Source: Octopus sinensis (Eukaryota). From it: a stretch of DNA of 64,000 nucleotides. A program made the position numbers and the translations under genes. Positions 1-11,722 of this stretch are shown piece after piece. Every line of letters starts with the position of its first letter. Position 1 is the first letter of the stretch. The notes under the pieces are model-generated. The model ran no database searches and was not told the origin of the DNA. It saw only the letters and a list, made by a program, of their open reading frames with translations. The stretch is from the NCBI RefSeq assembly GCF_006345805.1, contig NC_042999.1, positions 55,800,001 through 55,864,000 on the forward strand. The letters are read 5' to 3'.

Positions 1-1239
1 TTTTTCTGCCCATTGGATAACAGCAGTAGATCTGACTGAAGGCATGTCCGGTCACTCGCCTCATTTATGACCTTCTGTAGCTTGGAGTCATCTGCAAAGA
101 TTTTATGTTGCTGTGCTTTGATGATGTCATTAATGTCATTAATGTAAATGATGAAAAGAAGTGGGCCCAGCACAGTGCCTTGCGGAACGCCACTACTGAC
201 TTTGGCTGGGCTTGATTTTACCCCTTCAACTACAACATGTTGAGATCTGTCTGTCAGGAAACACTTGATCCATTTCAGTAACTTTCCAGAGACACCAATG
301 TTGGATAGTTTTTTCAATAGGATCTTGTGATCGACCCTGTCGAAGGCCTTACTGAAATCAAGGTAGATGACATCTGGTGTTGGAGCCCTCTCCAAAGCTC
401 TCAAAATGTCCTCAAAGTGATGCAGGAGCTGCGTTAGGCAGTCCCTTCCATTACGGAACCCATGTTGGTTGGAGATCAGCCGTCTGTTGCTTTCCAGAAA
501 TTGGGTTATTCGAGATCTCACCACCCTCTCAAATACCTTGATGATATGAGAGGTGAGTGAGATCGGACGGTAATTCACTGCAAGGGACTTGTTTCCCTTT
601 TGAAAACTGGGACAACAGACTGGGACAGAAGGTTTTTGGAATATAGCCAGCATCCAGTGAGTTTCTCCACAGATTAGCAAGGGGAGATGCAAGTTGGTGT
701 CGACACACCTTCAGGACACAAGCAGGGAACCTATCGGGGCCTACTGCTGAATTGTGTTTTATTTCGTTTATCGCCGCTAAGACATCAGGGGCACTAAACG
801 TTATGTCCGATATAGTGTGTTGGGGGTTGACATCACTGATACAGCCCAGATCGGCCATATCAGGATTGCTGAAAACAGAGCAGTATTGTTTCTGCAGTAT
901 CTCGGCCATGGATTTGGCATTATCTTGGAGAGTGCCAGTTTCGTCAATTAGAGGGCCTACAGTGGAGACAGTGACCCTGCGTTTCCTCGCAAATGAAAAG
1001 AACACTTTGGGGTTGAGTTTGATTTTTTCAATGGCCCACTTCTCCTCAGCTGATCTTTGGTTATTGATGAGGGTCTTCATGCATTGTTGGAGGTTATATT
1101 TTTTGGATTCAAGCAGTGCGATAGCCGTCGAATGTGTGTGTTGCTGTTGGCAGTACTTTAGTTTGTTAATTTTTTGTTTGTTCTTTTTATTTTTCTGATA
1201 ATGGTTTTCTGTTTGGGGGATTCTGCACTTTTTGTTCAC
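1..1239 (-). pseudogene. LINE reverse transcriptase (frameshifted)
   Basis: ORF 529-1239 (KLNPKVFFSFARK...AVGPDRFPACVLK...LANLWRNSLDAG). Downstream frames give GVPQGTVLGPLLF and the catalytic FADD at 87-98. Confidence 0.92.
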
Positions 1240-1283
1240 AGGTCTTGGTGGGGAGTGTTTTGCACATATGTCTGTGACGGTGT

Positions 1284-2319
1284 CTACAAAGATCTGCCAA
1301 GATGTTTTATGGTTGGTGGAGATGTGTGTATGTGTAAAGGACCAGTCAACATGTGATAGCTCGTTCCTGATTGCATCCCAGTTGGCTTATGGAGATCCAT
1401 GTTGTCAAATGGGTGGGCTGGAGGAAGGTCACTAGGATTAGCTTTCGGCTGGTGGAATTTCATGTTACAGAGAACCATGTCATGGTCTGAAAGAAGGGTT
1501 TTTTCCACTGTAACGTTATGTATAGTGTTAGTGTGGTTACTAAACACTAGGTCCAAAATGTTCTGATGTCTTGTTGGTGCAAGGACAAGTTGGGACAAGA
1601 AAACTCATTCGTAAAGTCGAAAAGTGACTCTGCTGCTTCTTTGTCAGCGGTTGAGGCGGGAGTGCTTGGTTTCAAACAGTTTGTAGTCCAGTCAACACAG
1701 GGTAGATTGAAGTCTCCCATCATGAGTATGTTGCTAGAATGGCACTGTTGAATAAAGCACTTAATGCTGTTGAGGCATTCTTTAAAGCACAGTATGGGTG
1801 TTTGGGGCGGCCTATAGAGCCCAATACTGTCAGGTCATTGGCTTTGTTGTGCACGGTGACTGATTCACAGTAGCCGTTGGAGAATATACTATTTCCATCT
1901 GCCGTAAATGAATCATGCAGGAAAATGGCAGTTCCACCTTCCTCTGCCTACGATCGATCCGCGCGGATGGTTGTGAAATTCTTCACTCTCACTTCGGCTT
2001 CCAAGTGGGAGTTGTCAAGGTGGGTCTCAGTGAGTGAGAATGAAGAAAGGGATGTGGTGTGAATGGTTACCAACCCAGTCTTCAATGAATTGGACCTTCC
2101 ATTTTTGTGCATTGATGGAAGGGCTGACACTTGTGCATTGAGTAGGAATGTGGAGGTTAGTGTAGTGGCTGGTTTTGACTGTTGCAGGGGGCTTGGATTT
2201 TTGTGTGTGTTAGTGGCAGCAATGTGGGGGGGAATTGTGCACTGGGGTAATAGCATAGGATGGTGTTGAGTGATGGCTAGTAGAATGTTTTTGTGTATCT
2301 CTTTTGCCATGTTCAACAT
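1284..2319 (-). pseudogene. LINE APE-type endonuclease (frameshifted)
   Basis: ORF 1948-2319 ends FSLTETHLDNSHLEAEVRVKNFTTIRADRS. MGDFNLP lies near 1700-1720. ORF 1284-1598 has PTRHQNILDLVFSN and LLSDH. Confidence 0.88.
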
Positions 2320-2546
2320 GGCTAAAAAAGAATTTTCCTGCTTAGGGAGCAGTTTTTGGCTGGAGGTGTGGTTGCACTGTTGGATAGGGTTGTAGTTTCC
2401 ACTTTTGTTGTTGTTGTTTTTGTGTCTTCCTGAAAAGACTGGACCAGCATTACTGCAGCATGGTGTGTTTCTATTTTTATTTTTTTTTATTCAGGTGTGT
2501 GTTGGCTTGAAGCCCCGTTTCTGTTTGTGCGTCGGGTCCCTGGAAG

Positions 2547-2775
2547 ATGAGTGAAGGGACAGTCACTCAGCAGACATGTTCTCTCACGTTGGGAATACCG
2601 GCAGATTTTGGGACTCCGAGTGTGTGTGTTTTGAATTTCGATTTACTATTGGTGGTGTTGATGTTATTGTGGGATGCGTGCTTTGGCCTTGGCCGGTAGT
2701 GCGTCTAGTGCCGGGTAGATGCGTGAAGATGCAGTCACTATTTGTGCAGAGTCTCTGGCGCAGTGAATAGCGGCA
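2547..2775 (-). pseudogene. LINE ORF1 fragment with two CCCH-type zinc fingers
   Basis: CRYSLRQRLCTNSDCIFTH (2719-2775) and CRYSQRERTCLLSDCPFTH (2547-2603). Both are C-x8-C-x4-C-x3-H and both are followed by LPGTRRT. Confidence 0.75.
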
Positions 2776-3769
2776 TATTTGGGGATTTCTTGTTTGTGCG
2801 TGGGGGGCGCATTCTGCTTCCTATGTTTCTTTAAGTTTTTGTTATGCAGTAGTATTGAGGTGGTGATGTGGGGGAAGGGGGCAGTGGTTTTTATTTGGTT
2901 TTCTGTTGGTATTTTTGGTGATAGAAAACGATGGGGGCAGCGGTGGTGATGATGATGATGATAATTGTGGTGGTTGCGTGAGAGCGGTGGAGTGAAAAGA
3001 TACTGGCATTTAGTGAATCATCTAGTAAGCTAGAGTTGAGGAGTGGCTGTTGTTGTTCTTGTTGCTGTGGCTGTTGTTGTTGTTGTTGTGCTTGACCGAT
3101 GTGTTAGGGTCAGCCATTGTGCTGGGAACCAGGAGTGGCTCATTCTGTTGTTGTTGTTGTTGTGGCTGCTGATTTTCTAGCTGTTGCTGTTCTTGAACTG
3201 TGAAAATATGAAGAAGCTTTTCATAATGGCCTTTTGTCAGTTTGAAAGATACTTCGATATGTTTCAGTTTGCTACGAATCTGTTTGACGGATCGTGTGTT
3301 GACCACTTGTGATGTTTTTCGGCAATCTCATTCAAACAACAAACATTTAGATTTTCTGTTTGGGAAAGAGAGAACCATGTGTTTATTAAAACATCAATTT
3401 CGTATCAGACCAATTCGTCTGTTGCAGGCCTGCAAGTTAGTCATGTTTGTTTTTCTTTTGTTTGTTTTCCTTTTGATTTTTGAAAATATATATATTCTTT
3501 CTTGGGAGTTAAAGAAGTGTATATATATATATAAATGTTCTCTCTTTAAGGGTGTGAGTTTTTGATTATTTGGTTGTTTGAGGATATTAAAAGAAAAAAC
3601 AGGTGTATATAGCAATTTGTAGTTAAATGAAAAAAGTACTTACCGGTTTGTAGGCAAACACGTGGTTACAAATATATATATATTTAAGGTCAGTTAGGTT
3701 TTGAAGCTGTGTAGCTTGCTACTGACTTGGGAGAGAAACAAATAGACGTCCGTCCACTTCAACAGTTAA

Positions 3770-3920
3770 TCCAATATATATATATAATCCAATATGTATA
3801 TATATATATAAATATATATATATATATCTATATATATATATATATATATATATGTATGCATGTATGTATGTATGTATGTATGTATGTATGTATGTATGCA
3901 TGCATGTATGTATGTATTTA
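3770..3920. repeat. (TA)n/(TATG)n microsatellite
   Basis: Direct reading of the sequence. Confidence 0.95.
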
Positions 3921-4490
3921 TGTAAAGGAAAGTATAGAAAGAACACAACAGCGGGAAAAATTCGACGGAAACATAACACACGGAAAACTCGCAGCTGATA
4001 CCATTCAGTCTTGGCAGTGCCAGAGCAGGAAGCCTCTGGAAATAGCTAACGAATGTGTACAAGGACAAAAACAAGCAAGACAAGCTGAAAAAATATAACA
4101 ATTGTGCGTATACAACAAAAAATTAAAATAATACAAATACAACAGAAAAAGAATAATTATACATATGCAACATATACCAGAGAGCAAAACCTTTCGGCTA
4201 TCAAACGGATGTTGTGAGGTAACGCAAAGGAGAAATAGAAAAAGTCCTAAGGACCAGAGCGAGAAGCCCAGACACACGTGGCCGTTCTGATCGACACGTA
4301 GCCGGCAGGGCGAAAAAGAAAGATACGGCTGTAGGTGGATGCCGGTTACGTAATAGTGGGAGGAGACAGAAAGGGTTGTAGAGGGCACAGGAACTGAAGA
4401 ACAGAGGAGAATAAGAAAGAGGAAAAGACAGGCAGAAAAAAAGGTAAAAGGGAGGAAAGGAAAGAGATAGTATAAGAGTTGTTAGTAGGC

Positions 4491-4924
4491 ATAGATATTT
4501 CAAGGGTTGAATAGAAAGAACACAACTGAGGGAAAAATTTGATGGAAACATAAAAAACGGAAAATGAACAAAATCATAACAAACAGAAAATTAGACGAAA
4601 AAAAAAACCATAATACACGGACAATTTGCAGATGATTTCTCACCAGTCAATGTCCAAGACATCCTAGTGGTTTCGCGCTTTTAACATTGATACCACTCAG
4701 TCTTGAAAGCACCGGAGCAGGAAGACTGAGTGGTATCAATATTAAAAGCGCGAATCCACTAGGTTGTCTTCGACATTGACTGATGAGAAATCAGCTGCGA
4801 ATTTTCCGTGTGTTATGTTTTTGCCTAATTTTCTGTTTGTTAGGTTTTTGTTGATTTTCCGTTTTTTGTCTTCGTCAAAATTTTCCCTGTTTTGTTCTTT
4901 CTATCCAACCCTTGAAATATCTAT
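4491..4924. repeat. Long inverted repeat (~210-bp arms, 17-nt spacer), probable PLE pseudo-LTR remnant
   Basis: 4491-4704 is the imperfect reverse complement of 4722-4924. The inner ends GATACCACTCAGTCTT / AAGACTGAGTGGTATC pair perfectly. A third partial copy of the left arm lies at ~3925-4035. Confidence 0.85.
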
Positions 4925-4951
4925 TTAACGCAACACACTCCTTAGTTGGTT

Positions 4952-4955
<4 letters not shown>

Positions 4956-5006
<51 letters not shown>

Positions 5007-5031
5007 GTGTGTGTGTGTGTGTATATATATA

Positions 5032-5078
<47 letters not shown>

Positions 5079-5277
5079 CAAGATGGGACAAGAGAATGCA
5101 AAACATCCAGACAAAAAAGGACAATAAAACATCCAGATAGACGATACAAAAAAAAAAAAAACATGGACGGGTCATTCGAAGCTTTCTATCCTCAGTCAAG
5201 AACCGGATCATCCTCGCAATTTTGGCTGATTACTCTTGATATATATATATATATATATATACGTATATATATGTATG

Positions 5278-5310
<33 letters not shown>

Positions 5311-5317
5311 TATATAT

Positions 5318-5362
<45 letters not shown>

Positions 5363-5410
5363 TATGGATGTATAGGTATAGGTGTGTATGTATGTGTGTG
5401 CGCGCGCGTT
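4956..5410. repeat. Two (TA)n/(TG)n arrays bracketing a ~160-bp PLE-tail-like fragment (5076-5238)
   Basis: The microsatellites are seen directly. The origin of the insert is inferred from its layout. Confidence 0.7.
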
Positions 5411-5724
5411 TTGTGTGTGCTTGCCTCTAGTGCCAAAAATACTGTCACAAAAATTAGTTTACTGTCTAGTCAGCTGTGCCAAATCGCCAGCATCCAAACA
5501 GCCGCGCCCAATTTTCTCATTCCGGAGAGACATGTATTAAAGCATTGATTCTCAATATTTTGTATCTCGGCGCCTTCTTTCGCCAAACAGCATTTTACAA
5601 ACACCCCCTCCCGATTTGCTTTTACAAAATAAAAAATAAATAAATGATACATACACATCAGGCTCTTTTAACCTGTTAAACGGAAGCAAATTTTGTGCAA
5701 TGGTTTGACATCAGCCATGTTACT

Positions 5725-6028
5725 TATTTCTTTATTGCCCACAAAGGGCTAAAACATAGAGGGGGCAAACAATGACAGACAAAGGGATTAAGTCGATTAA
5801 ATCGATCCCAGTGCGTAACTGGTACTTGATTTATCGACCCCGAAAGGATGAAAGGCAAAGTCGACCTCGGCGGAATTTGAACTCAGAACGTAGCGGCAGA
5901 CGAAATAGCTATTTCTTTACTACCCACAAGGAGCTAAACACAGAGAGGACAAACAAGGACAGACAAACGGATTAAGTCGACTATATCGATCCCTGTGCGT
6001 AACTGGTACTTATTTAATCGACCCCGAC
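5725..6028 (-). mobile_element. Two tandem 3' parts of SINE family B (MetaSINE-like)
   Basis: The TATTTCTTTA..GCCCACAA tail starts at 5725 and again at 5910. The reverse complement contains GACTTTGCCTTTCATCCTTTCGGGGTCGATAAA, which resembles the Meta core domain. Confidence 0.8.
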
Positions 6029-6034
6029 TGAATT

Positions 6035-6270
6035 TTTGACGAACCGCTGAGTTACGGGTACGTAAGCACACCAGCACCGGTTGTCAAGCGGTAGTGGTGG
6101 ACGAACACACACACACGCACACACATTCGACAGTCTTCTTTCAGTTTCCGACTATCAAATTCATTCACAAAGCTTTCCCGAGGCTAAAGTAGAAGACACT
6201 TGGCTAAAGTGCCACGCAGAGGGACAGAACCCGGAACCATGTGGTTGGGAAGCCACACAGTCACGCCTGT
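6035..6270 (-). mobile_element. SINE family A, partial, fused to the family B tail
   Basis: Matches the other family A copies in the window (TTTCAGTTTCC..CAAAT..CACAA.GCTTT...GAAGACACTTG...GAACCATGTGGTTGG). Confidence 0.8.
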
Positions 6271-7202
6271 TTCTTTAAAATATTCTTCTTTTACTATTTT
6301 TTAATCTTTTGAATTACACATATTCTACGTGAGTTTAATTTTATTACACAATATCTGTGACTTTTAAACTTTTGGATAATGAGTTTTGTTTAGAAAATTG
6401 AAAAAAATAATAAAATAGAAAAAAAATAATATAATAGTAAAAATAAGACAAATGTTTAAGCTTAATACAAAGAATTTTTTAAAATCGAAAGTATTAGCTC
6501 CAATTAAAAGAATTTGCAATAAAAAGCGAAAATATATACATATATATATATAAAACCGCGCACACACTATTCTGTTTGTCTGATCATTTTCAATCACTTT
6601 AATTTCTGTTCAAATTTATTTCATAATCGGTGCAATGATGTAGTTTTAAATAATAATCAATGGCATGAAATTCATTTTCGCTGTAAATCAATAAAAAGAG
6701 AGTTATTAGCTTTTAAAGTTTGCAAATTTAGGTCAATCGTAAGCTATAGACACATTCATGCCTGTTTCCATAGTAAACGCCAAACATGAGAACTCTTTTG
6801 TCTGAGATAGGACGTGTTGACAAATATATTCTACGCGAAAGCAAGTGCGTCGATGTTGTACTGTGCTACTTGTACCCTGGTCGAAAGATGTGCTGGAAAT
6901 AACAAACAAATAGGCCTTAAATCACGTACCCCATTTTTTTTTTTTGGCATAATCGTATGAACTCCCGAGTGTAGAATGCAAATTTTTCTGAAAATTCCAA
7001 CAAATAAAAAAGTTATGAGGGGTTTTATGTCGTGTTTAAAGCAGATGTTGATTTATTACATCACGCACAAAATGACAGTTTCAAAATCCTGTTTGCTGAG
7101 TGAAAATTATAAAACTTTAAACCTCTATAACTTTTTTTTTTTTATTTTCTGGAAGAAATGAAATATCTCCTGAGATTCAGCTTGGAAAACTACATTACCC
7201 CT

Positions 7203-7389
7203 TTACTGGTTTCACTCATTTGACTGTGGCCATGTTGGAGCACCGCCTTTAGTCGAGCAAATCGACCCCAGGACTTATACTAAGCCTAGTACTTATTCTA
7301 TCGGTCTCTTTTGCCGAACCACTAAGTAAACACACCAGCATCGGTTGTCAAGCGATGTTGGGGGGACAAACATAGACACACAAACATAT

Positions 7390-7436
<47 letters not shown>

Positions 7437-7621
7437 TACGACGGGCTTCTTTCAGTTTCCATCTACCAAATCCACTCACAAGGCTTTGGTCGGCTCGAGG
7501 CTTATAGTAGAAGACACTTGCCCAAGGTGCCGCGCAGTGGAACTGAACCCGGAACCATGTGGTTGGCAAGCAAGCTACTTACCACACAGTCACTCCTACG
7601 CCTATAGCCACTCCTACGCCT
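7203..7621 (-). mobile_element. SINE family A (tRNA-derived head, internal CA/TA microsatellite), near full length
   Basis: The head has A-box-like TGGCTGTGTGGTAAG and B-box-like GGTTCAGTTCC motifs. The body matches the copies at 9690, 27893, 30558 and 46083. CACTCCTACGCCTAT is tandemly duplicated at the head. Confidence 0.92.
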
Positions 7622-8144
7622 ATTAATATACTAATATACCAAATTTTGAAATTTTCAATAAACTTTGAATTTTTCAAAATTGGCAGCCAAACTGGAAAGA
7701 TTTTTATTATAAAATAATGTTATATTCTAATTAGATAAATAATTAGTTTTTTCGATAAGTGAATTTTTTTTATTGTAATATTTTAATATGTACATATTTT
7801 AACGTATAAAGAGAATAATAAAAATTAATATGAAATCGCAAAAAATCATAACGCTTTTATGCTTAATAATATGAAATCGCGAAAAATCATAACGTTTTTA
7901 TGCTTAATATTTTTGACAGAGTTTCCTCCAAAATATTCGTCTTGATGAGCGCTTTCATCTGAGTTGAAATAATATTATTTTTCTCTTCTTTTTCATTTCG
8001 TCACTCACAAACACACAACAGTTTTTTTTTATACCTAATGTTTTTTGACAAGGTTTTCACCATAAGATTCTTCTCACAGAGCTCTTTCTCCTGAAGTAAA
8101 TCTCGAACGCAGAATAGCTGTGAGAACAGCTTAGAAGATCGGTT

Positions 8145-8364
8145 CCCTTTCGTTACCAACCCGGCCAAAACCGGCTCTGGCTCTGAGTTCAAATGTCTTG
8201 TTTTCAAAAGTTTTGAATTAAAATCTTCCACCAAACCTTAGTCACAATTTATGTTCCTAACACCAGCTGAATGATAACTAAGTTATTTTATTAAATTCTT
8301 TATTATATTTAAAGTAATTGAAAGAAACACAGAGCATCTCAAAATAAATACAGTAACAAAAGGG
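8145..8364. mobile_element. MITE with CCCTTTCGTTAC / GTAACAAAAGGG terminal inverted repeats (piggyBac-like ends)
   Basis: TIRs are seen directly. The right end is followed by TTA, but the TTAA TSD is not intact. A related right end occurs at ~60735-60755. Confidence 0.6.
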
Positions 8365-9124
8365 TTACCCTTAGAAAACGGGGAAAAAAATTGACTAGCA
8401 AGCCGTTTCAGAGTACTGAGTCCCGTACTCCTCAAACTCAGGGTAAGCGCTCTGTGCTATTAAGTTAAGCGATCCATAATATCAGACGTTATCTTTTATA
8501 ACGCTAAATATCTTAAAATGAGAAAAATATTTTGTTTTGTTAAAATGATCACTTTTTTTCTGTCACTTAAAGTTACACCACTTTTTTTCTTTTCTTGTAG
8601 TAAATATTTTTTGACAAGGTTTTTACCGTAACATTCATCTCATGGAGCTCTTTTATTTGAACAGGAGTATTCTATATTTTTCTTTTACATTAGCTATGTT
8701 GATTCAAAGTCAATTTGGTGGGTTATTTATCATTTCTTTCGTCAAATAAAGTCCCACTACCTTTCTTTCCGAGCCGGTACTTTTTAACGAGGTTTTCACT
8801 AAAAGATTCTTCTCAATGAGCACAATCTTTTAAACTCAATTAATCTATGCTTTTCTTTTAAAATAAGTGAGATATTTTGATTCTAAATTAAATTTTTACC
8901 TTACTCTACCATTTTTGACCCCACATATTTTTTCTTTTAATGAACCAAATTTCAATTATTTTATCTCAAAATGTAGCTGAAGACTAGACCATCATTGCTA
9001 AGAAAGAAACTGCATTCAACTTGGTTGAGAATTGAATTAGTGGTGAAACCTAGAAGTGTTTGCAAGTAACTAAAAGTTGACCTTAAGAATATATTTCACT
9101 CACTGCGTGGCAAATGGCATATCT

Positions 9125-9147
9125 CTCCTCTCCTCTCTCTCTCTCTG

Positions 9148-9193
<46 letters not shown>

Positions 9194-9295
9194 TATATAA
9201 TATATATATATACATACATATACACATATATATATACATACATATATATATACATACATATATCTATATATGTATGTATATATAATATATATATC

Positions 9296-9346
<51 letters not shown>

Positions 9347-9355
9347 ATATATATT
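9125..9355. repeat. Compound (CT)n/(TA)n/(TACA)n microsatellite
   Basis: Direct reading of the sequence. Confidence 0.95.
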
Positions 9356-9499
9356 AAATGACGAAGCTCGGCTAGAGGCAATATAAAACCATAAGGAACA
9401 TTTCAATTGTCACTAATAGTGCGGCTATAAAAGTCTTTGACTCTTGTTTCTAGCAATATAGGTGCTTCCCATAACCTCAGTCACTCTGTGAGTGTGTGT

Positions 9500-9650
9500 G
9501 TGTATACGTGGTTCCAGGTTCGGTCTCGCCACCTGGCACCTTAGACAGGTGTCTTCTACTGTGGCCCCGGGCCTACTTCAAGGTGGCGCCCCAGCATGGC
9601 CACAGTCTAATGACTGGAACAAGTAAAGGATAAAAGAGTACACACACACG
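9500..9650 (+). mobile_element. SINE family A, internally deleted and diverged
   Basis: A head fragment (GTGGTTCCAGGTTC...GTGTCTTCTACT) is joined directly to the tail (CCCCAGCATGGCCACAGTC...ACAAGTAAA). Confidence 0.7.
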
Positions 9651-9689
9651 CACACACATATATATATGTGTGTGTGTGTATATACTCTT

Positions 9690-10085
9690 TTTTTTACTCT
9701 TTTACTTGTTTCAGTCATTTGACTGCGGCCATGCTGGAGCACCGCCTTTAGTCGATCAAATCGACCCCGGGATTTATTCTTTGTAAGCCCAGTACTTATT
9801 CTATCGGTCTCTTTTGCCGAACCGCTAAGTAACGGGGACATAAACACACCAACATCGGTTGTCAAGCAATGCTAAGGGACAACAGAGACACACAAACACA
9901 CACACACACACACATATATATACATATATACGACAGGCTTCTTTCAGTTTCCGTCTACCAAATCCACTCACAAGGCAATGGTCGGCCCGGGGCTATAGCA
10001 GAAGACACTTGCCCAAGATGCCACGCAGTGGTACTGAACCCGCAACCATGTGGTTGGTTAGCAAGCTACTTACCACACAGCCAAT
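9690..10085 (-). mobile_element. SINE family A, near full length
   Basis: High similarity to the other family A copies. Confidence 0.93.
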
Positions 10086-10432
10086 AGCTGTTCTGTTTGC
10101 GGTTATCAAGGGTAATTTTTTTTTACCCATTAATTAATTGTTGGTGCTACTAGAACAATTAGCTGCTCCTCCTTGACTTAACATAAATCTCTCTCCCACC
10201 ACCACAACTATCTTACTTTAATCAACTAGACAGACTGTTATTAGCATATGGAAATAGGATTTCCTCTTAAGACGATTAGCTGCGTCAGTTTACGCAATAT
10301 ATTCATAGAGAGACGAACGGGCATACACAATAATTAATTAACTGAATGATGAGGCGGAGGAGGGTGATTGCGTTGCAAAGATTGAACAAAATAAAGTGTA
10401 GATATACACGAATATAGCTTTGCGCACGCTCG

Positions 10433-10472
<40 letters not shown>

Positions 10473-10679
10473 TACACACACACACACACACACACACACA
10501 TCACATACACTTTCCTTTTCTATGTCTCTCTGACCTTCATGATCACACACCTACTCGACAAACTAATGTCTGAACATATATACACATACACACACAAATA
10601 CACACACATTATATATATATGTGTGTGTGTTGTGTGTGTGTGTGTGTGTGTGGTGTGTGTGTGTGTGTGTGTGGTGTGT

Positions 10680-10955
10680 GGAGGCGCAATGGCTCAGTGG
10701 TTAGAGCAGCGGACTCGCGGTCGTGGGATCGCGGTTTCGATTCCCAGACCGGGCGTTGTGTGTGTTTATTGAGCGAAAACACCTAAAAGCTCCACGACGC
10801 TCCGGCAGGGGGTGGTGATCCCTGCTGTACTCTTTCACTACTCTTTCTCTCACTCTTTCGTCTGTTGGCCTGCTCGCTTAACCAGCGGGGTGGCGTCATT
10901 CGAAGGCTAAAACAATGCGAACGCATTGTGACCAGCGATGTGTAGCAACATCTGA
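10680..10955 (+). mobile_element. tRNA-derived SINE (separate family), CpG-rich
   Basis: The head GGCGCAATGGCTCAGTGGTTAGAGCAGCGGAC...GGTTTCGATTCCC has A/B boxes. It is followed by ~200 bp of non-tRNA body ending in ACATCTGAT and (TA)n. Confidence 0.8.
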
Positions 10956-11155
10956 TGATATATATATATATAATATTATATATATAAACATGAGATAGGG
11001 TTGAAAATTCAACCCACCATGGGATAATATATATCCAATATACTGCCAGATAGGTACCCAACAAGATTAATACATAGATGTTTAAAATTTCAAACAATCA
11101 AGTTCATCTATGTATTATATGGGTAAAGGTAATAATATTACCGTAAATTAATACT

Positions 11156-11632
11156 ACAAAATTAGAGAATGGAGAAACATACTTAAAACAATAAAACATC
11201 AACTATCCGATGATACCCAATCAATACTTTAATACACCATTACATATGAGTAAAGGCATTATATAAAATGAGATATAACAGTAATAGTAAAAATAAAAAT
11301 AAAAATAAAAAAGATAAAGATATATAAGTAAAAAATTTTCAAAATAATATGCATTAAATCAAAACTGACAGCTGTTTCGGCAGTGAGGGCAGTCATGACT
11401 GCCCTCACTGCCGAAACAGCTGTCAGTTTTGATTTAATTGCATATTATATTTGAAAATTTTTACTTATATCTCTTTATCTTTTTTTTTTTTATTTTTATT
11501 TTTACTATTACTGTAATCTCATTTATATATGCCTTTACTCATATGTAATGGTGTATTAAAGTATTGATTGGGTATCATCGGATAGTTGATGTTTTATTGT
11601 TTTAAGTATGTTTCTCCATTCTCTAATTTTGT
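11156..11632. repeat. 477-bp spacer-less palindrome centred on TCA|TGA (11395/11396)
   Basis: The arms are near-identical apart from homopolymer indels. Each arm contains GAAACAGCTGTC, the 3' half of a minimal hammerhead. Confidence 0.95.
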
Positions 11633-11722
11633 TATATATATATATATATATAAACATTCAACTGAAAGATTACTCAATAACTTTCAGTAGAGTAGCATAT
11701 TTATCTTTTCAAGGGAAAGGCC

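Larger units (their letters stand above)
1..3650 (-). mobile_element. Decayed CR1-like (CR1/L2 group) LINE: 5' region, ORF1, APE endonuclease and RT, running off the window's left edge
   Basis: Minus-strand translations give, in order, ORF1 pieces (3022-3306; CCCH fingers at 2547-2775), an APE endonuclease (LTETHL, MGDFNLP, NILDLVFSN, SDH) and an RT (GPDRFP, VSSGVPQGTVLGPLLFIIYIND, FADD). There are several frameshifts. The 5' boundary is approximate. Confidence 0.9.

Noticed and set aside
752-1198. Plus-strand 148-aa ORF
   Set aside because: It is the antisense shadow of the LINE RT.
8395-8445. Hammerhead on the minus strand (GAGTAC/GTACTC hairpin plus GAAAC...GTC)
   Set aside because: The core spacing is wrong and stem I is absent. 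It is probably a decayed PLE remnant, so it was not called.
10680-10755. tRNA gene
   Set aside because: It has A/B boxes but no complete acceptor stem or T-run terminator, and it continues into a SINE body.
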